From the NCBI GenBank assembly GCA_021815205.1, contig JAKAHD010000005.1:1-59085 (forward strand): 59,085 nt of DNA, written 5' to 3'. The notes under the pieces were generated by a model that worked only from the letters and a program-made list of their open reading frames with translations, was not told where the DNA came from and did not search any database. This document shows positions 8,730-18,541 of the stretch, in pieces; positions within the stretch are counted from its first letter, which is position 1; each line of letters opens with the position of its first letter. The DNA is from a bacterium (GTDB lineage: Bacteria > Patescibacteriota > Minisyncoccia > UBA6257 > GWB1-50-10). The translations under genes and the position numbers were made by a program.

Positions 8730-9449
8730 CTATGTCTGCGAGAACGGCGGTGAATTTGAGGCCTCTGCCCTTTTCAATTTCTCGAAGTCGGTGAGAATGA
8801 TTGCCGCCGCGACGACGAGGAAAAGCGTGGGGTAGAGAATCTGGGTATCTTGAAATTGGTACATAAGGAGGTTGAAAACCGCGTGAATCGTTGTCGCAAA
8901 GAGAACTCCGAATCCCTCGCGGTGCCGCATATGCTCAAAGTGAGTCAATGCCCAGTAGTATCCCAGGGCGCCCGAAGCGAGCGCGTGCAGGAGCGTCGCG
9001 CCCACAAAGCGGAGCCCCAAAGTACTCAAGGTTGTAAGGATTCCCGAGTAGCTTGCAAGCGGAAGATTGCTCCACGTGATGAAGAAGTTTTCGACGGTTG
9101 CAAACCCCAAGGCCGCAACGATCATGTAAATCATCGCATCAATCGGTTCCTCAAATGCTCTGTCATGCCCTATCGCGAGATATGCCGCCGCAAACTTGAA
9201 CGTTTCTTCGATAAGCGCGAGGCCTATAACAATAAAGATAATGTTATTGAAGGATTCGGGGAGCGCTTTCTGGAATACTACTTGGAGCGCCAAGACCGGC
9301 ACGCTGATCAGGGCGCCGAAGAAAAACGTTTTTATGATTTCTCCTCTCGGCTCGGGATGGGTGTCTTCCCGAAGAAAAAAAATGAGCCAAATAATCGCGG
9401 GAATCGCCGCAAGTCCGAGCACTACGAGGAAATGGATGAAAGAAGGCAC
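8730..9449 (-). CDS. PrsW-family intramembrane protease
   Basis: Polytopic membrane protein with LIEETFKF (E-E-x-x-K) and a downstream HALASGALGY histidine motif. Confidence 0.7.
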   Translation of the reverse strand: MPSFIHFLVVLGLAAIPAIIWLIFFLREDTHPEPRGEIIKTFFFGALISVPVLALQVVFQKALPESFNNIIFIVIGLALIEETFKFAAAYLAIGHDRAFEEPIDAMIYMIVAALGFATVENFFITWSNLPLASYSGILTTLSTLGLRFVGATLLHALASGALGYYWALTHFEHMRHREGFGVLFATTIHAVFNLLMYQFQDTQILYPTLFLVVAAAIILTDFEKLKRAEASNSPPFSQT

Positions 9450-9497
9450 CTTCTTATTTTACCCCCTTAGAAATGAAATTTCTAACGGGGCAATCTC

Positions 9498-11732
9498 CTA
9501 CCACTCTTCGATAAGAAGGAGAGAGTTTGGTCCCTTGTGGAACTCCTGATAGATCGTTTCGGTGATAAAGGGGAGGAACGGGTGAAGCATTTTAAGGGAC
9601 TCGCGGAGCGCGTACACAAGCACCTGCTGCGTTGCCTGCTTTAATTTTTCGTCCGCGAGCTGTTGCTTCGACGCTTCGAGATATGCATCGCAGAAATCGT
9701 GCCAGAAAAAGTCGTAAAGTCCGCGGAGCGCTTTTGCGAACTGGAATGTTTCAATGTATTCTTCCGTCTGTTTTTTTGTTTTTTGCAGGGACGTCAATAT
9801 TTTTTTGTCGGCCTGCGTTTTTGGCGTTAATTTGAAATTTGAAATTTGAAATTTAGAATTCTCGGTTTGTGCAAGCACAAAACGAGCCGCATTCCAAATC
9901 TTATTGGTAAACTTCCGTCCTGCGACAACCGCCGCCTCATCCCATTTGATGTCCTGCCCGATCGCCTGCCACACAATGCCGAACCGCATGGCGTCCGCGC
10001 CGTATTGCTCGACGTAGCGTAAGGGATCAACGCCGGTCCCAAGCGATTTCGACATGCGCCGCCCGTCTTTTGCGAGTACGGTTCCGTGGATCAGGACATC
10101 CTCGAAGGGCACCTTCCCCTTGAATTCGAGCCCCGAGAAGATCATGCGCGCGACCCAGAGATTTAGAATATCCCGCGCCGTGATAAGGGTATTCCCGGGA
10201 TAATATTTTTTGACATCCGGTGCGGAAAGCCCCGCAAAGGGCCACAGGGCGGATGAAAACCATGTATCCAAGACGTCAGCCGACTGTTCCATTTCACAAT
10301 TTTTACAAAAGGGGCATATCTTCGGCTTCTCGACCGCCACCACGAATTTTGAGTCTTGAGAGCTGTTTGAAAATTGAGAATTGGAAATTGAAAATTCTTC
10401 CTGTTTGGTTTTACAGAACCAAACAGGAAGCCGGTGTCCCCACCAAATCTGCCGCGAGATCGCCCAGTCGCGAATATTTCCGAGCCAGTTGAAATAGAGC
10501 TTCTCGAAGTTTTTGGGCGTGATGCTCACCTTTTTCGTCTTGACCGCGGCAATCGCTTTCTTTGCGAGCCCGGGCATCTTCAAGAACCACTGCATCGAAG
10601 GGAGCGGTTCGATCACGTGCCCGCAACGGTAGCATTTCGAAACTCTATGGAGGTAAAACTCTTCCTTCACGAGAAGCCCGAGCGTTTTCAAATCTTCCAC
10701 CACCTTTTTTCTTGCGTCTTCCGTTTTCATGCCGGCGTATTTACCGGCATTTGCGTTCATCTTTCCCCGTTCGTCGATTACCTGCACCATAGAAAGTTTA
10801 TGCCGCACCCCGATCTCATAGTCGGTCATATCGTGTGCGGGGGTGACCTTAATGACGCCGGTTCCGAATTTCGGGTCGACCGCTTCGTCGCCTACCACAC
10901 GCACTTTCGTTTTCCGCAGCGCGGGATGCTCCAAATCGCCTTCGGTCGAGAGCGTCTCGAATTCAAGTTCTTTCCCAATGAATTTTTTGTAGCGTCTATC
11001 GCGCGGATTTACCGCGAGCGCCGTGTCGCCGAATTTTGTTTCGGGTCGCACCGTTGCGAGGATGAAGGGACCGTACGTTATATAGTACAAAGCCCCATTC
11101 TCATCCTCGTATTCGAGTTCAAGCTCCGAGAGGCTCGTGCCGCATCGGGGACACCAGTTCACGACCCGCTCGCCGCGGTAGATAAGCTTCTTATGATAGT
11201 AATGAACGAACGCATCCCGAACATCTTTCGCATACGCGGGATCCATTGTGAAACGCGTTCGCGACCAGTCGGCGGAGACGCCAATTTTGCGGAGCTGATC
11301 CAAGATTTTCCCTCCATATTCCTTCTTCCATTCCCAGACGCGCTCGATAAACTTCTCGCGCCCCAAGTCGAAGCGGGAAGTTCCTTCTTTGCGGAGCTGT
11401 TTTTCGACGACGTACTGCGTCGCGATGCCCGCATGATCCGTGCCGGGAAGCCACAGCGTTCGGAATCCGCGCATACGATGATAGCGCACCGCGATATCCT
11501 GGAACGTGTTATCCAATGCGTGCCCCATGTGCAACGTCCCCGTCACATTCGGGAGCGGCATATATACTATATAATTTTTAATTTTTAATTTTAAATTTTT
11601 ATTGACGGGTAGACCCACCCGCCGATGAGGCAGGTTATCCGGATTGAAAAAACCGGACTCTTCCCAGAGTTCGTAGGTCTTCAACTCGTGCTCTTTCGGA
11701 TCGTACGGTTTCGAAAAGTCGGCGTGGGGCAT
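9498..11732 (-). CDS. valS: Valyl-tRNA synthetase
   Basis: PNVTGTLHMGHALDNTFQDIAVRYHRMRGF..LPGTDHAGIATQ (HIGH region) and KMSKSLGT. Confidence 0.95.
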   Translation of the reverse strand: MPHADFSKPYDPKEHELKTYELWEESGFFNPDNLPHRRVGLPVNKNLKLKIKNYIVYMPLPNVTGTLHMGHALDNTFQDIAVRYHRMRGFRTLWLPGTDHAGIATQYVVEKQLRKEGTSRFDLGREKFIERVWEWKKEYGGKILDQLRKIGVSADWSRTRFTMDPAYAKDVRDAFVHYYHKKLIYRGERVVNWCPRCGTSLSELELEYEDENGALYYITYGPFILATVRPETKFGDTALAVNPRDRRYKKFIGKELEFETLSTEGDLEHPALRKTKVRVVGDEAVDPKFGTGVIKVTPAHDMTDYEIGVRHKLSMVQVIDERGKMNANAGKYAGMKTEDARKKVVEDLKTLGLLVKEEFYLHRVSKCYRCGHVIEPLPSMQWFLKMPGLAKKAIAAVKTKKVSITPKNFEKLYFNWLGNIRDWAISRQIWWGHRLPVWFCKTKQEEFSISNSQFSNSSQDSKFVVAVEKPKICPFCKNCEMEQSADVLDTWFSSALWPFAGLSAPDVKKYYPGNTLITARDILNLWVARMIFSGLEFKGKVPFEDVLIHGTVLAKDGRRMSKSLGTGVDPLRYVEQYGADAMRFGIVWQAIGQDIKWDEAAVVAGRKFTNKIWNAARFVLAQTENSKFQISNFKLTPKTQADKKILTSLQKTKKQTEEYIETFQFAKALRGLYDFFWHDFCDAYLEASKQQLADEKLKQATQQVLVYALRESLKMLHPFLPFITETIYQEFHKGPNSLLLIEEW
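9829..9856 (-). repeat. In-frame AT-rich 7-nt-period array in valS
   Basis: Plus strand is (AATTTGA)x3 plus one degenerate unit. Encodes SKFQISNFKL. Confidence 0.9.
10368..10395 (-). repeat. In-frame AT-rich 7-nt-period array in valS (imperfect)
   Basis: TGAAAAT TGAGAAT TGGAAAT TGAAAAT. Encodes FSISNSQFS. Confidence 0.8.
11573..11600 (-). repeat. In-frame AT-rich 7-nt-period array in valS
   Basis: AATTTTT AATTTTT AATTTTA AATTTTT. Encodes NLKLKIKN. Confidence 0.85.
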
Positions 11733-11771
11733 ATGAGCTGATTATCCTCTAAAAATGATGATTTTTGAATA

Positions 11772-11800
11772 TTGACTTTTCATGAATTGTGTGCTAAAAT
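11772..11800 (+). promoter_or_regulatory. Sigma-70-type promoter with extended -10
   Basis: TTGACT, 17-nt spacer, TGcTAAAAT. The ATATTGACTTTT context matches the promoters at 20064 and 25516. A 9-bp-stem hairpin (TTTCCTCGA...TCGAGGAAA) follows. Confidence 0.6.
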
Positions 11801-11905
11801 CGATACCAGAACATTAAGGGAGTTTGATTGTTTCCTCGAGGCGCGGAATGTATGTCGGCGGTTCGAGGAAATAATGAAATTTATAAACAAATATAAGGAA
11901 GCAAA

Positions 11906-12085
11906 ATGAAAACGAAAGTGTTCTTTATGGGATTATTGTTCATGTCCACAGTAGCAGGTCTTTTTCTGGGATCTGCGTTCATGGACACCCCGTCCACGTT
12001 TAATCTCGTGAGCGGGGGGATAGGGGTGCTGTCATTCATTTCTTTCTTCTTTCTTCTCTCGTGGCATCCCGAGAGAAAAAGGTAA
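11906..12085 (+). CDS. Small (59 aa) two-TM membrane protein, absent from the ORF track
   Basis: The ATG is preceded by TAAGGAAG. Translation MKTKVFFMGLLFMSTVAGLFLGSAF...GIGVLSFISFFFLLSWHPERKR is hydrophobic. Confidence 0.45.
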   Translation: MKTKVFFMGLLFMSTVAGLFLGSAFMDTPSTFNLVSGGIGVLSFISFFFLLSWHPERKR

Positions 12086-12127
12086 TTTTTGCTCGGACTT
12101 CACATTTGAGGCCCGAGCAGTATTTTT

Positions 12128-12258
12128 ATCCCGTGAGAAGCAGAAAACCCCGTGGCTTGCCACGGAGATGAACCCCCACACTAATTTAGTGTGGGGGTGA
12201 ATGCCTCGTCCCGTGGCGAACGCGGGGTTTACTACCCCGTGTGAGCTTCTCACGGGAT
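12128..12258. repeat. Nested palindromic repeat (CCCGTGAGAAGC family), long form
   Basis: ATCCCGTGAGAAGC...GCTTCTCACGGGAT encloses CCCCGTGG/CCACGG hairpins and a central CCCCCACAC-TAATTTA-GTGTGGGGG hairpin. Confidence 0.9.
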
Positions 12259-12272
12259 TTATCTCCGCCTCC

Positions 12273-12353
12273 GTCATTCTGATCTGCCGAAGGCAGAGAA
12301 GAATCTAACTCGTAACTAGAGATCCTTCTCCGCCAAAGGCGGATCAGGATGAC
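12273..12353. repeat. GTCATTCTGATC-type palindromic mini-element
   Basis: GTCATTCTGATC ... GATCAGGATGAC, with inner hairpins CTGCCGAAGGCAG and CCGCCAAAGGCGG. Confidence 0.8.
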
Positions 12354-12364
12354 GGAATGGAACG

Positions 12365-13474
12365 TTATATCCCCATGTTTCCCTGCGCGGTGATGCGCCG
12401 GTTCTTTTTGCGGAGGATGCTTATATATCCGGCGACGGCGATCATCACGGCGTTATCGGTATTGAAATCCATCGGTGGCGCGAAGAACTGCGCGCCCAGC
12501 TCATGACTTACCACCGACAGCTTATGACGAAGCTCCTTGTTTGCGGCGACGCCGCCCGAGAGGAGGATGGATCTCGCTTTGTATTCTTTCGCGGCGCGCA
12601 CAGTTTTTTTCACTAAAACATCCAATGCCGCCTCCTGGAAGCTTGCTGCCACGTTAGCAGCAAGCACTGATTTTCGCTGATCCTTAGCTGATTGCCGCTG
12701 ATAATTTTTGTCGCGGAGGTAGTACAGCACTGACGTTTTAAGGCCGGAGTAGCTGAAGTCGTAGTTTTTATCGTGGAGCATAGGACGGGGAAACTCGATT
12801 GCGTGCGGATTGCCTTTCGCGCCGAGCTTTTGGATCTCGGGTCCGCCGGGATAGGGGAGGCCGAGCATTTTTGCAACCTTATCGAATGCCTCCCCGACCG
12901 CATCGTCCCGCGTCTCGCCGAGTTTCTTCCATTTTGTGAGCGAATCAACTTTAAGGAGAATGGTGTGCCCGCCCGACACGATAAGGGCGATAGCGGGGAA
13001 AAGAGTTTTTAGTGTATAGTTTTTAGTTGTTAGTTTTTTGGAAAGGAGAAAACTGTATAAATGACCCCCTAAGTGATTTGTCCCTATGAGTTTGAGTTTT
13101 TTGTTCTGAGTTTTTAATTGTTGGTAAAGCTCTTTTGCAAATTCGATACCCGTCCAGAGTGCGGGTTCGAGGCCGGGGCCCACGGTGACGCATACTGCGT
13201 CCAATTTTAAATTTTTGATTTTTAATTTTAAATCAATGTCTGAATTCTTCAATTTTAAATTACTAAAAACTTTTTCTAGGACAACCGGAAGATTCTTCAG
13301 GTGCTCGCGCTTTGCGAGGTTCGGTACGACTCCTCCGAAAGGACGGTGTATCGGAATCTGCGAAGCGATCACACTCTTCAGGATATTGAATTGAGGTGCG
13401 CGAAGGCCACCCGACGCCTCGAGCAACGCTAATGCTGTCTCATCACAGCTCGTTTCTATAGCTAGAATTTTCAT
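12365..13474 (-). CDS. tsaD: tRNA N6-adenosine threonylcarbamoyltransferase
   Basis: MKILAIETSCDETALALL, VTVGPGLEPALWTG, SGGHT and LSGGVAANKELR. The ORF track starts at 13501, but that extension crosses a repeat hairpin. Confidence 0.9.
   Translation of the reverse strand: MKILAIETSCDETALALLEASGGLRAPQFNILKSVIASQIPIHRPFGGVVPNLAKREHLKNLPVVLEKVFSNLKLKNSDIDLKLKIKNLKLDAVCVTVGPGLEPALWTGIEFAKELYQQLKTQNKKLKLIGTNHLGGHLYSFLLSKKLTTKNYTLKTLFPAIALIVSGGHTILLKVDSLTKWKKLGETRDDAVGEAFDKVAKMLGLPYPGGPEIQKLGAKGNPHAIEFPRPMLHDKNYDFSYSGLKTSVLYYLRDKNYQRQSAKDQRKSVLAANVAASFQEAALDVLVKKTVRAAKEYKARSILLSGGVAANKELRHKLSVVSHELGAQFFAPPMDFNTDNAVMIAVAGYISILRKKNRRITAQGNMGI
13203..13230 (-). repeat. In-frame AT-rich 7-nt-period array in tsaD
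   Basis: AATTTTA AATTTTT GATTTTT AATTTTA. Part of a ~22-aa insert, SNLKLKNSDIDLKLKIKNLKLD. A further array lies at 13017-13037. Confidence 0.8.
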
Positions 13475-13493
13475 ATTTCTATTGCGGTTCTTG

Positions 13494-13525
13494 CCCCACA
13501 CTAAACCGAAAGTTTTAGTGTGGGG
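13494..13525. repeat. CCCCACAC hairpin (core module of the nested repeat family)
   Basis: CCCCACACTAAA-CCGAAAGT-TTTAGTGTGGGG. Confidence 0.8.
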
Positions 13526-13727
13526 TCATCACAACTTGTTTCAATGGCAAGAATACGCATGATGGAAGTGTAAAGTTTAAAAATCAAAATGTAAAACAGT
13601 TAAAAATGAAAAAATTTTCATTTTGCATTGCAATTTTGCACTTTAATTTTTGCACTTTGAATTAATAAAGAATAATCATGGTTGCTGGATATTGAGTATC
13701 ATATACTATATACTAGATACTAATTCC

Positions 13728-14132
13728 ATGATCCAGCTATTCTACGTGTTCAGTGATTGGGGAATTCTCGCCCTCCGTCTCGCCCTCGGCGCGATCTTCA
13801 TTGCGCACGGGTGGCCGAAGGTGAAGGACTTAAGGGGCACCGCCGAAAAGTTCGCCTCGATGGGGTTTAAGCCCGCGAAATTCTGGGCGACGCTCGTGGC
13901 ATTCCTCGAGTTTGTGGGCGGCATTGCGCTCCTCTTCGGGTTCCTCACGCAGATCCTCGCGGCGCTTTTCGCGGCGCAGTTTATTGTGATTATCCTCAAA
14001 TTGAAACGGAAGAAGGGGCTCGTGGACGGCTATGAATTTGACCTTTTGATTCTCGCGGCGCTCCTTGCGCTTCTCGCGCTCGGCGGCGGGTCCGCGAGCG
14101 CCGACTCGTTCTTCAGACTCCTCCTTTACTAG
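13728..14132 (+). CDS. DoxX family membrane protein
   Basis: LRLALGAIFIAHGWPKV plus 4 TM segments. The ATG at 13728 is preferred over the ORF-track start at 13650. Confidence 0.75.
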   Translation: MIQLFYVFSDWGILALRLALGAIFIAHGWPKVKDLRGTAEKFASMGFKPAKFWATLVAFLEFVGGIALLFGFLTQILAALFAAQFIVIILKLKRKKGLVDGYEFDLLILAALLALLALGGGSASADSFFRLLLY

Positions 14133-14157
14133 AAATAATTTTCAAATGTCGTAATGC

Positions 14158-14257
14158 GTCATTCTGATCCTGCCTGCGCAGACAGGCGGAGCGGAGAATC
14201 TACGGTGTGAGTTTAGTTTAGAAATTCTTCTCCGCCTCATCGGCGGGTCAGAATGAC
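14158..14257. repeat. GTCATTCTGATC-type palindromic mini-element
   Basis: GTCATTCTGATC ... GGGTCAGAATGAC, with an internal CTGCCTGCGCAGACAGGCGG hairpin. Confidence 0.8.
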
Positions 14258-14268
14258 AAGACAGATAC

Positions 14269-15756
14269 ATGACTCGTTTCTGGGAAATAGTGCCGGGGGC
14301 TTCCGCGTGGCTTGTACTCATCCTTCTTCTCGTGCTCTCATCGCAGGCGCCTGTCGTGGTCGTGATTTTTATCCTGCTCTATGACCTCTACTGGCTCCTA
14401 AAGCTCGTGTACCTCTTCTTCCATCTCCGGTATTCCTTCGCGAAGATGCGGGCGAATATGAAGGTGAATTGGCTGAAGAAGCTCTCTCTAGAATACGAAG
14501 GGAAGTGGGAACGGATACACCATCTCGTCGTCTTCCCGATGTACCACGAACCGCACGCGCTCGTGCGGGAAAGTTTTTTGAGTCTCGCGCAATCAAATTA
14601 TCCGAAGGATAAGTTCTTTGTAGTGCTCGCAACGGAGGCGCGGGGCGGCGAAGAAGACGCAGAAATTGCGCGGAAGATTCAAGAAGAATTCGGATCGCAG
14701 TTCAAGTCATTTTCGGTTGCCGTGCATCCGGACGGCATTCCCGGGGAGCTCAAAGGGAAGAGCGCGAACGTCACGTGGGCGGTGCGTGAAGCGGTGCGGA
14801 ATGTCGTTGATCCGTCAAGGATCCCTTACGAAGATGTCATTACCTCGGTATTCGACATCGATACGAGAACCGAGAAGGATTACTTCGGCATCTTAACCCA
14901 CACTTTCCTCTCCTCGGTGCATCCGCTCCGCGCGAGTTATCAGCCGGTACCGCTCTTCATTAATAACGTGCACGAGGCGCCGTTCTTCGCCCGGCTCGTT
15001 GGATTTTCCTCGACCTTCTGGCAACTTATGCAGGAGGCGCGCCCGGAGCAGCTCGTTACTTTCTCCTCGCACAGCATGCCGCTCCGCGCTGTGATTGATA
15101 TCGGCTACTGGGATACCGGCATCGTCTCCGAGGACTCGAGAATTTTTTTCCAGTGTCTCGTACACTATAACGGCGACTGGCGCACCGAGCCGCTCATCTA
15201 CCCGATTTATATGGATGCAATCGAGGGGAAGACCTTTGGAGAAGCGACGAAGAGCCTGTATAAACAGCAGCGACGATGGGCGTGGGGTACGGAGAACTTC
15301 GCGTACCTCATGCGCGATTTTCGGGCCAACAAAAACATTCCGTTCAAGACAAAACTCTTCTGGTCATGGACGCTCTTCGATGGGTTCTTCTCATGGGCGA
15401 CGAGCTCCTTTATTATCTTTCTTTTCGGCTGGCTTCCGAATCTTATCGGGGGAAGGGAGTTCACGACTTCGGTGCTTTCGTATAATCTTCCGCGTCTCAC
15501 GGGGTGGATGCTGAATATCGGCTCGATCGGCATCATCGTGTCCGCATTCTTCTCGCTCATTCTTCTCGCGCCCAAAATGAAGGGACTCGCGAAACGGCAC
15601 TACGCGCTCTATCTCCTTCAGTGGATCTTCACGCCGCTCATTTTTGTAATCTTCAGTTCGATTCCCGCGCTCGACGCGCAGACGCGCCTCATGCTCGGCG
15701 GCAAGTTCCGTCTCGGGTACTGGAAGACGCCAAAACTCGGAAAACAAGAAGGATAA
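14269..15756 (+). CDS. Membrane-bound family-2 glycosyltransferase
   Basis: VVFPMYHEP, VFDIDT (DxD-like) and QQRRWAWG (QxxRW), with N- and C-terminal TM segments. Confidence 0.7.
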   Translation: MTRFWEIVPGASAWLVLILLLVLSSQAPVVVVIFILLYDLYWLLKLVYLFFHLRYSFAKMRANMKVNWLKKLSLEYEGKWERIHHLVVFPMYHEPHALVRESFLSLAQSNYPKDKFFVVLATEARGGEEDAEIARKIQEEFGSQFKSFSVAVHPDGIPGELKGKSANVTWAVREAVRNVVDPSRIPYEDVITSVFDIDTRTEKDYFGILTHTFLSSVHPLRASYQPVPLFINNVHEAPFFARLVGFSSTFWQLMQEARPEQLVTFSSHSMPLRAVIDIGYWDTGIVSEDSRIFFQCLVHYNGDWRTEPLIYPIYMDAIEGKTFGEATKSLYKQQRRWAWGTENFAYLMRDFRANKNIPFKTKLFWSWTLFDGFFSWATSSFIIFLFGWLPNLIGGREFTTSVLSYNLPRLTGWMLNIGSIGIIVSAFFSLILLAPKMKGLAKRHYALYLLQWIFTPLIFVIFSSIPALDAQTRLMLGGKFRLGYWKTPKLGKQEG

Positions 15757-15776
15757 TTGCGGTATACTAAGAAGCC

Positions 15777-16322
15777 ATGCAGGAATACGTAACCGACGCG
15801 ATCGTGCTCGCAACCTTCCCGCGGGGCGAGGCGGACCGCGTTGCGGATCTCTACACCAAAGATCTTGGAAGGATCGAGGCGCGAATGATCGGCGGAAGGA
15901 AACCGCTTTCGAAACTCGCGCCGCATCTTGATGTACTCGGGTTTGCGACCGTGCGGCTCGTTGAGAAGAACCAATTCACGCTTGTTGACGCAATGAGCGC
16001 CCCGCTCACGCCGAAATCGCGCGCGCCCGAACGTTTCGAAAAAATGCTCGAGATCGCATCACTTGTGCGGGCGCTTGCCCCCAAGGGCATTCGGGACGAA
16101 CGTCTCTGGGAGACGCTGCGGCGCGCGCAGACGGAAGGCGAACTTCGCGCCCTATCCGAGATTTTGGAGATTTTGGGATATAATGCAAGGCACGCATCGT
16201 GCGAAACCTGCGGTGAAACGCCGGTTGGATATTTTTTTCTCCCAACGCACGAATTTTTTTGCGCACGCTGCGGTTCAAAACTCCCCGAGAGTGAGGTAGT
16301 ATTATTGGAAGAGGTACAATAG
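15777..16322 (+). CDS. recO: DNA repair protein RecO (short form)
   Basis: N-terminal OB-like AIVLATFPRGEADRVADLYTKDLGRIEA, and a C-terminal CxxC...CxxC zinc motif (CETCG...CARCG). Confidence 0.7.
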   Translation: MQEYVTDAIVLATFPRGEADRVADLYTKDLGRIEARMIGGRKPLSKLAPHLDVLGFATVRLVEKNQFTLVDAMSAPLTPKSRAPERFEKMLEIASLVRALAPKGIRDERLWETLRRAQTEGELRALSEILEILGYNARHASCETCGETPVGYFFLPTHEFFCARCGSKLPESEVVLLEEVQ

Positions 16323-16324
16323 GT

Positions 16325-18226
16325 ATGACGCTTGAAGATATCGAAAAAAGAATAGCGGCGTTCAAGAAAGAGCGGTCGCCGAGAAGATCGAGAAAGAGAA
16401 GAGAGCACAATGAAACATTCCCGGTATTCCGCGGAAGGGAAGCGGCGCCGGAGGCGGACTATACTCCCATTATGCCGAGACGCGAGAAAAAGAATAATGA
16501 CGATTCGCCCCGGTGGCTCCGGCGAACGCTCCTTATCGGCACAAGCATCGGGCTTATCGTGATCGCATTGGGTGCGCTCTTTATCTTTACATACCTGAGC
16601 GAACCGCGCGGCGTGAGCGTTGACATCTACGCACCGAAGGATGTAACACGCGGCACGCCGTTCGAGGTTTCAGTGAACGTGACGAATAATGCCAATATGC
16701 CCCTCCAGAACGGGAGTATCACACTGAACCTTCCGGACGGGCTTGTTGCGTTGCATGCCTCCGATCCGAGTATCGTAAGCGAGAAGCTCGGCGGCGTGAA
16801 AAATGGGAGTCTTACGAAACGGACCTATACGCTTGTGCCGGTGGGGTCCGTGGGAGCGAGCAAGAGAATCACCGTCGTCTTCGCCTATGAAGTGGGCGCT
16901 GGATCGCGATTTGAGACCGACGCGAACCAAGATGTGACGGTGCATGATGCAGCAATCCGGATTACGGCGAAAACGCCGAACCAAGTTCTCGCCGGATCGA
17001 CATTTTCCTTCAACCTCTCGTATGCGAACGTCTCCGATTCCGATATTCAAAACGCATCACTCGAAGTCGACTACCCGAACGGCTTCAAGTTCGACTCCGC
17101 GTCGGTTGAGCCGTCCTCGTTCACGAATTACTGGAGCTTGGGAACGCTTGCCGCGCACTCGACGAGCACGATCACGATCACAGGGCGTTTCAGCGGCGCC
17201 TCACAATCGGGAATTTCGATTCCGGTCAAGGTTTCGACGACTATCGATGGGAAGGGCTACACAATTGCGGACGACACCGTGCAGATCACGCCTTCACCCT
17301 CACCCTTAGGACTCACAATCTTAATCAATGGACAGGAAGGGTATGTGGCGCGTATCGGCGACACGCTTCAGTACGCAGTGCGTTACCAAAATCTCAGCGG
17401 CATTGCGCTCTCGGATCTCACAATTCGTGTCATGCTTACGGGTGAGCTTCTCAACTTCTCGTCGCTCCATACGAACGGCGTGTACTCACCTTCGTCGCAG
17501 ACGATCACATGGTCTTCGGCGAACATGCCCGCGCTCGCGCTTGTCGGACCCGGGGGATCGGGCGAGGTTACTATTACCATCGGCCTAAAGAACCAGTTCA
17601 ATCTTCAGCGGTTGAACGACAAGAACTACTACGTGCGCTCGAACGTGCAGGCGAGTTCGCCTTCGGTGCCGTACTACCTCTCTTCGTCAAAGACGTCCGC
17701 GGAGGTGATCACCGACACGAAGGTCTCGGGCGCGATCTCGGTCGCGGCGCGCGCGTATTATCGCGACGCCTTGAGCCAGATCGCGAATGCGGGAAATCTT
17801 CCTCCCAAAGTGGGCCAGCCGACGCAGTTTACGATACACTGGCTCCTCTCGGATTATGCAAACGATACGAATACTATCAAAGTGAGCGCTCCACTCCCCG
17901 CAGGCGTGAGGTGGACGGGCGTCGTGAAATCGAACGGTGACACAAGCCCGCAGTACGACGCATCCTCAAACTCGGTCGTGTGGAGCATCTCGAAGATGAC
18001 GGCGAATCGCGGCGTGTTGACCGGCCCACTTGAGGCGGTCTTCCAGATTGAGGCGATGCCCGACGCGAGCGAAGCCGGCTCGTACGAGACGATTCTCGAA
18101 AAAACCCAAGTAACCGCGACTGACAGTTTTACGGGAGCAACGCTCACCAGTTCGGCGGATCCCCTCACAACCGCCCTGCCCTTGGACGACACGGTAAGTC
18201 CGGCACAGGGAATAGTAGTTCAGTAG
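16325..18226 (+). CDS. Membrane-anchored surface protein with repeated beta-rich domains
   Basis: One N-terminal TM (LLIGTSIGLIVIALGALFIF), then about 550 aa rich in T/S/V/N with recurring patterns such as ...ITITG..., ...VTITIGL... No catalytic motif. Confidence 0.6.
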   Translation: MTLEDIEKRIAAFKKERSPRRSRKRREHNETFPVFRGREAAPEADYTPIMPRREKKNNDDSPRWLRRTLLIGTSIGLIVIALGALFIFTYLSEPRGVSVDIYAPKDVTRGTPFEVSVNVTNNANMPLQNGSITLNLPDGLVALHASDPSIVSEKLGGVKNGSLTKRTYTLVPVGSVGASKRITVVFAYEVGAGSRFETDANQDVTVHDAAIRITAKTPNQVLAGSTFSFNLSYANVSDSDIQNASLEVDYPNGFKFDSASVEPSSFTNYWSLGTLAAHSTSTITITGRFSGASQSGISIPVKVSTTIDGKGYTIADDTVQITPSPSPLGLTILINGQEGYVARIGDTLQYAVRYQNLSGIALSDLTIRVMLTGELLNFSSLHTNGVYSPSSQTITWSSANMPALALVGPGGSGEVTITIGLKNQFNLQRLNDKNYYVRSNVQASSPSVPYYLSSSKTSAEVITDTKVSGAISVAARAYYRDALSQIANAGNLPPKVGQPTQFTIHWLLSDYANDTNTIKVSAPLPAGVRWTGVVKSNGDTSPQYDASSNSVVWSISKMTANRGVLTGPLEAVFQIEAMPDASEAGSYETILEKTQVTATDSFTGATLTSSADPLTTALPLDDTVSPAQGIVVQ

Positions 18227-18277
18227 AAGCAGACCACGCCACAAGAAACGCAGAAGAACGCAGAAACGCGGTCTGCG

Positions 18278-18446
18278 TATACCCCTCACATAAGTATTTA
18301 TACCATGAGAAGCTCACATGGGGGTAGGAAACCCCGCGTTCGCCACGGGATGAGGCATTCACCCCCCACGAAATGAGTGTGGGGGTTCATCCCCGTGGCA
18401 CGCCACGAGGTTTCCTGCTTCTCACGGGATTTATGTGAGGGGTATA
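18278..18446. repeat. Nested palindromic repeat (CCCGTGAGAAGC family), inverted orientation, with an extra outer arm
   Basis: The core 18303-18430 aligns to the reverse complement of 12128-12258, with substitutions. The outer arms are TATACCCCTCACATAA / TTATGTGAGGGGTATA. Confidence 0.85.
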
Positions 18447-18541
18447 TCTGCGTGCATTTCAGCGCCCGCCCGACCGAATGACGGTCATTCGGGCAGGTTA
18501 TCTGCTTCTATTTCTATAAAAAATACGCTATTCTAAATCTC

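Noticed and set aside
10434-11588. 384-aa plus-strand ORF
   Set aside because: It lies entirely antisense to valS, whose motifs are unambiguous. It has no motifs and an R/F-rich shadow-frame composition.
12032-12277. 81-aa ORF, and similar ORFs at 32797..33267 and the first 34 codons of 32818..33846
   Set aside because: These are translations of the nested palindromic repeat. The same peptides (HGVVNPAFATG...) recur wherever the repeat occurs.
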